Made by a program: the position numbers and the translations under genes
Notes under the pieces: model-generated
Databases searched by the model: none
The model's input: only the letters and a program-made list of their open reading frames with translations
Told to the model about the DNA's origin: nothing
Part shown: piece after piece, positions 34,461 through 37,943 of the stretch
Position numbering within the stretch: the first letter of the stretch is position 1
Layout: the number at the start of each line of letters is the position of its first letter
NCBI RefSeq assembly: GCF_006345805.1
Contig: NW_021832332.1
Location: 1-37,943, forward strand
DNA: 37,943 nucleotides
From: Octopus sinensis
Lineage: Eukaryota
Reading direction: 5' to 3'

Positions 34461-34983
34461 CTCAAAAAGGGAGTCAAGTTGCAGCTTCCTTTCGCATCCT
34501 GCAGCACTGCATCAAATTGTTCTCCGAGGGAAGGCCTTCTTCTCTCAGGTCTTGGTTTTCTGTTTGTAACTTCGCTTTTCTCCGTGTAGTTTGTCGCCCC
34601 ACTCAAACCTATATTTTATTTCTGGGAAGAGGTGTTCAATATTAGTCTGACCTCTATAGTTTGACATGTCTAAAATGACAGACACTACAAAGCGCTGGTA
34701 CACTGCCGGCATAGCTGCCAGGAGCACTGAGGCACACAGTCACCACGGCACAAAGAACTGGACCTTCTGCTGGATGTCAAGGCTTGAGTAGTACTTTAAT
34801 TTATTAACCCTGAAGTTGACAAAAGTCAAAACCGGTCTCGATAGTATGTGAGTATTTTTATGGGGATTAGATAGAAATGATCCTATACGGTATATAACCT
34901 ATGGAGGCAAAACTGGAAAAACCAGGGATCAAACTGTAGAAAAGTAGAAAAGGGATAATGCAGATGGCTATAATTATGTCTGC

Positions 34984-35185
34984 TTCCTTGTCCAGGCTGC
35001 CTGCGATCCCATATCAAGCCCACAAAACCTTCACATGGGTATGCGCGCAAGACAATATCATTCATGTTCTGTTCTCAAAGAAGCTACTTAGGACATCTTG
35101 CAGCTACCCAGGACTCTTGAAAAAGGTTTCTATTGTTCTTGCTGAGAGAGTAGCCACAGCCATTGACACATGCAAATCCAAGCTG
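34984..35185 (+). pseudogene. Possible HERO/NeSL-type non-LTR retrotransposon remnant
   Basis: FLVQAACDPISSPQNLH(.W) and VLAERVATAI resemble the FLxxAxYDVLPSPxNLHxW region. Heavily decayed. Confidence 0.4.
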
Positions 35186-35371
35186 CTCACCCCCCTCACC
35201 ATCACATCCCTAAATATGGAAAGAATTCACGTGCAAAACTAATAAGAAAACAGCGCTCCTTTAAACGGTCTCTGATTGTCAGCTGTACATCAGTCAAGAT
35301 AAGAAGATAAGAAACGGAAATTTCCACGTCGTTGAACAGATATTACGTCTGAGGAAAGGAAACTCCTGATT

Positions 35372-35751
35372 ATATTTATTCCTTTACTGCCCACAGGGGG
35401 CTAAATACAGAGGGGACAAACAGGGACAGACAAAGGGATTAAGTCGATTACATCGACTCCAGTGCGTAACTGGTACTTATTTAATCGACCCCGAAAGGGC
35501 GAAAGGCAAAGTCGACCTCAGCGGAATTTGAACTCAGAACGTAGCGGCAGACGAAATACCTATTTCTTTACTACCCACAAGGAACTAAACGCAGAGGGGA
35601 CAAACAAGGACAGACAAACAGATTAAATCGATTATATAACGACCCCATTGCGTAACTGGTACTTATTTAATCGACCCCGAAAGCATGAAAGGCGGAATTT
35701 GAACTCAGAACGTAAGGGCAGACGAAATAACGCTAAGCATTTCCCCCGGCG
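35372..35751 (-). mobile_element. SINE family A dimer (one unit head-truncated)
   Basis: Junction gacgaaatacc|tatttctttact at about 35560. Confidence 0.85.
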
Positions 35752-35806
35752 TTTATTAATTTATAATTTTTGAATTAATTAATTTTAAAAAAATATTTTA
35801 AAAAAT

Positions 35807-35955
35807 AGGCGCAGGAGTGGCTGTGTGATAAGTAGCTTGCTTACCAACCACACGGTTCCGAGTTCAGTCCCGCTGCATAGCACATTTGGCAAGTGTCTTC
35901 TACTATAGCCTCGGGCCGACCAAAGCCTTGTGACGGGATTTGGTAGACGGAAACG

Positions 35956-36018
<63 letters not shown>

Positions 36019-36233
36019 ATGTTTGTGTACCTGTATTTGTCATCCCAGCATCGCTTGACAACCGATGCTGGTGTGTTTACGTCCCCGTAACTTAGCGGTT
36101 CGGCAAAAAGAGAACCGATAGAATAAGTACTAGGCTTACAAAGAATAAGTTCTGGCGGTCGATTTGCTCGACTAAAGGCGGTGCTACAGCATGGCCGCAG
36201 TCAAATGACTCAAACAAGTAAAAGAGTAAAGAG
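35807..36233 (+). mobile_element. SINE family B
   Basis: Full copy with a small internal deletion. Confidence 0.9.
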
Positions 36234-36461
36234 TTCTATCTTGGAAGAACAAAACCATATATACATGCTTTTCGTTTTTAGCAATTAGATAATATTTGGT
36301 ACGAACTGGTGTCCGAAAGAAAGGAGCCCACTGCGTACTTGCTAGTCGGTTTAGATCACTGACATTATTTGTCATAGATGACCCACGATCATGTAATCAT
36401 TTAGATTTACCGTTCCAACGATTTGAATAGTCAAACATCCATTACGTGATGTTTCAAATTA

Positions 36462-36971
36462 CCGTGAATCCTCGAGTATAGTCCGACCTTGAGTACAATA
36501 CACAGGAGATTTTTAGGGGGCTGTATCTCTAGAAAACCTAAACCTTGTGTATAATATAATAACTTGCGTCAAGGAGGTCTATATAACGTCCTTGGTTTGT
36601 AAAACTGTATATGGTAACGTCCTTTATTATTATGGTATATATAACATAATGCAAACGTGTAGCTTTTTTGTGCGTTTTGTTTACAGAAAATAAAGAAATA
36701 ACAGTTATAACAGTAATAACGCTTACTAAATGTTGCTTACAGCAATTTATGGATGATTCTTTTATGACTTTATTGCTTTCAGGCTTAGCTTAATGTAGTT
36801 TCGCGCCCGACATCACAAAATGCGTCTGAATAAACATTGCCGGACAGCAAATAGAGACTCGGACACTGCTTAGAAAATAATTTTCATTTTTAACCTCGTA
36901 TATAATACGCACTAGGGATTTTGACCTTTAAATTTTGGGAAAAAATGTGGATTATACACGAGGATTTACGG
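36462..36971. mobile_element. MITE / non-autonomous TcMar (Tc2/pogo-like) element
   Basis: TA|CCGTGAATCCTCGAGTATAGTCC ... GGATTATACACGAGGATTTACGG|TA. About 23-bp TIRs with TA on both sides (36460-36461 and 36972-36973). Confidence 0.85.
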
Positions 36972-37642
36972 TACATTAACATTACTGTGTAGGCAAGTCA
37001 ATAGTTAATACTAAGTACCGCTGCCATCTGTTCAGAAACTAAGCTATTTCATTGACTACGTATTATCATATATACAGCGCAGCAGAGATAATCGCCATTG
37101 CACTGTCCATCTGGTGTCTTAACATTAGCGAAAAACAACACAGGAAGCGGCCATATTACCTCTGACATTTAACATACTGACCCATCTTATAATTACACTG
37201 GTCATAGCAAAATAAATACAGTGGAATATTAAATATGTGTTTCTCCGTTTGACTATCACTATAACTATGCACACTAGTGCATAATAAAGACAACTGAAAC
37301 GAGAAGAATATTAATTAAGCAGCTCTGATTTCCGCAACTTCCTCGATAGTATTTGTACGATTATAACCTACTAACGAAACGTTACGTATCTACCCACCAC
37401 GATAGCTTACTTCCACACAGACAAATCCGCGATCAAGCTTCTTCGTATTCAGACATATTGAACTGGGATAGTCAAAAGGTAATCCCTTCTCAAATCCAAG
37501 AATACCATATCAGGAAAGCAGTCGCATTGGGTTATGTAGTCTTAGATGCACAACGGTTCTCTCTAGGAAGAAAGAATGATCATAAAACATGCTTGTATAT
37601 CTTTAGATTTATAAACCAACACTGCATTTAAATCTAACTGCA

Positions 37643-37648
37643 AATATC

Positions 37649-37727
<79 letters not shown>

Positions 37728-37737
37728 GCTAGCTAGC
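37643..37737. repeat. (TATC)n to (TAGC)n microsatellite
   Basis: Direct reading of the sequence. Confidence 0.95.
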
Positions 37738-37943
37738 TATATATATATATAAAGTATGTGTATATATATATATATATAGGTATACATATATATAATGTAT
37801 ATATATATATATATATATGCATATATATGTGTGCGTATATACATATATATATATATACATATATACAGATATGCATACATAGACACATGCACCCACACAT
37901 TCTCACATAGACATATTCATGCGTATACTTACATAAATGCACA

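Noticed and set aside
35340-35370. CTGAGGA...GAAAC
   Set aside because: Only 3 nt between the core and GAAA, so no stem II, and no NUH with a matching stem I.

Overview
AT-rich eukaryotic DNA that is saturated with microsatellites and dense in repeats. It is most likely an octopod (Octopus-like) intergenic or intronic region; this is inferred from the tRNA-headed SINE families and the (TA)n/(CA)n/(TATC)n load. No host protein-coding exon could be supported, and almost all ORFs in the supplied track are translations of microsatellites or SINEs. The window holds about 30 copies of four tRNA-derived SINE families (called A-D here). It also holds decayed Tc1/mariner elements, a Tc2-type MITE, a non-autonomous Helitron, a solo LTR, and fragments of R4/Dong-, RTE- and possibly HERO-type LINEs. 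The main unexpected signal is a set of minimal type I hammerhead ribozyme (HHR) motifs from four unrelated repeat families within the first 11.5 kb. One family forms a composite element: an inverted HHR module, a tRNA-like Pol III head, a (TAA)n tract, and three tandem HHR modules, with no T4 terminator until just past the last module. This resembles an SM-alpha- or retrozyme-like ribozyme-bearing SINE. Other families carry non-canonical cores (U3-A8 covariation; C4). All folds were read by eye and ribozyme activity is untested.
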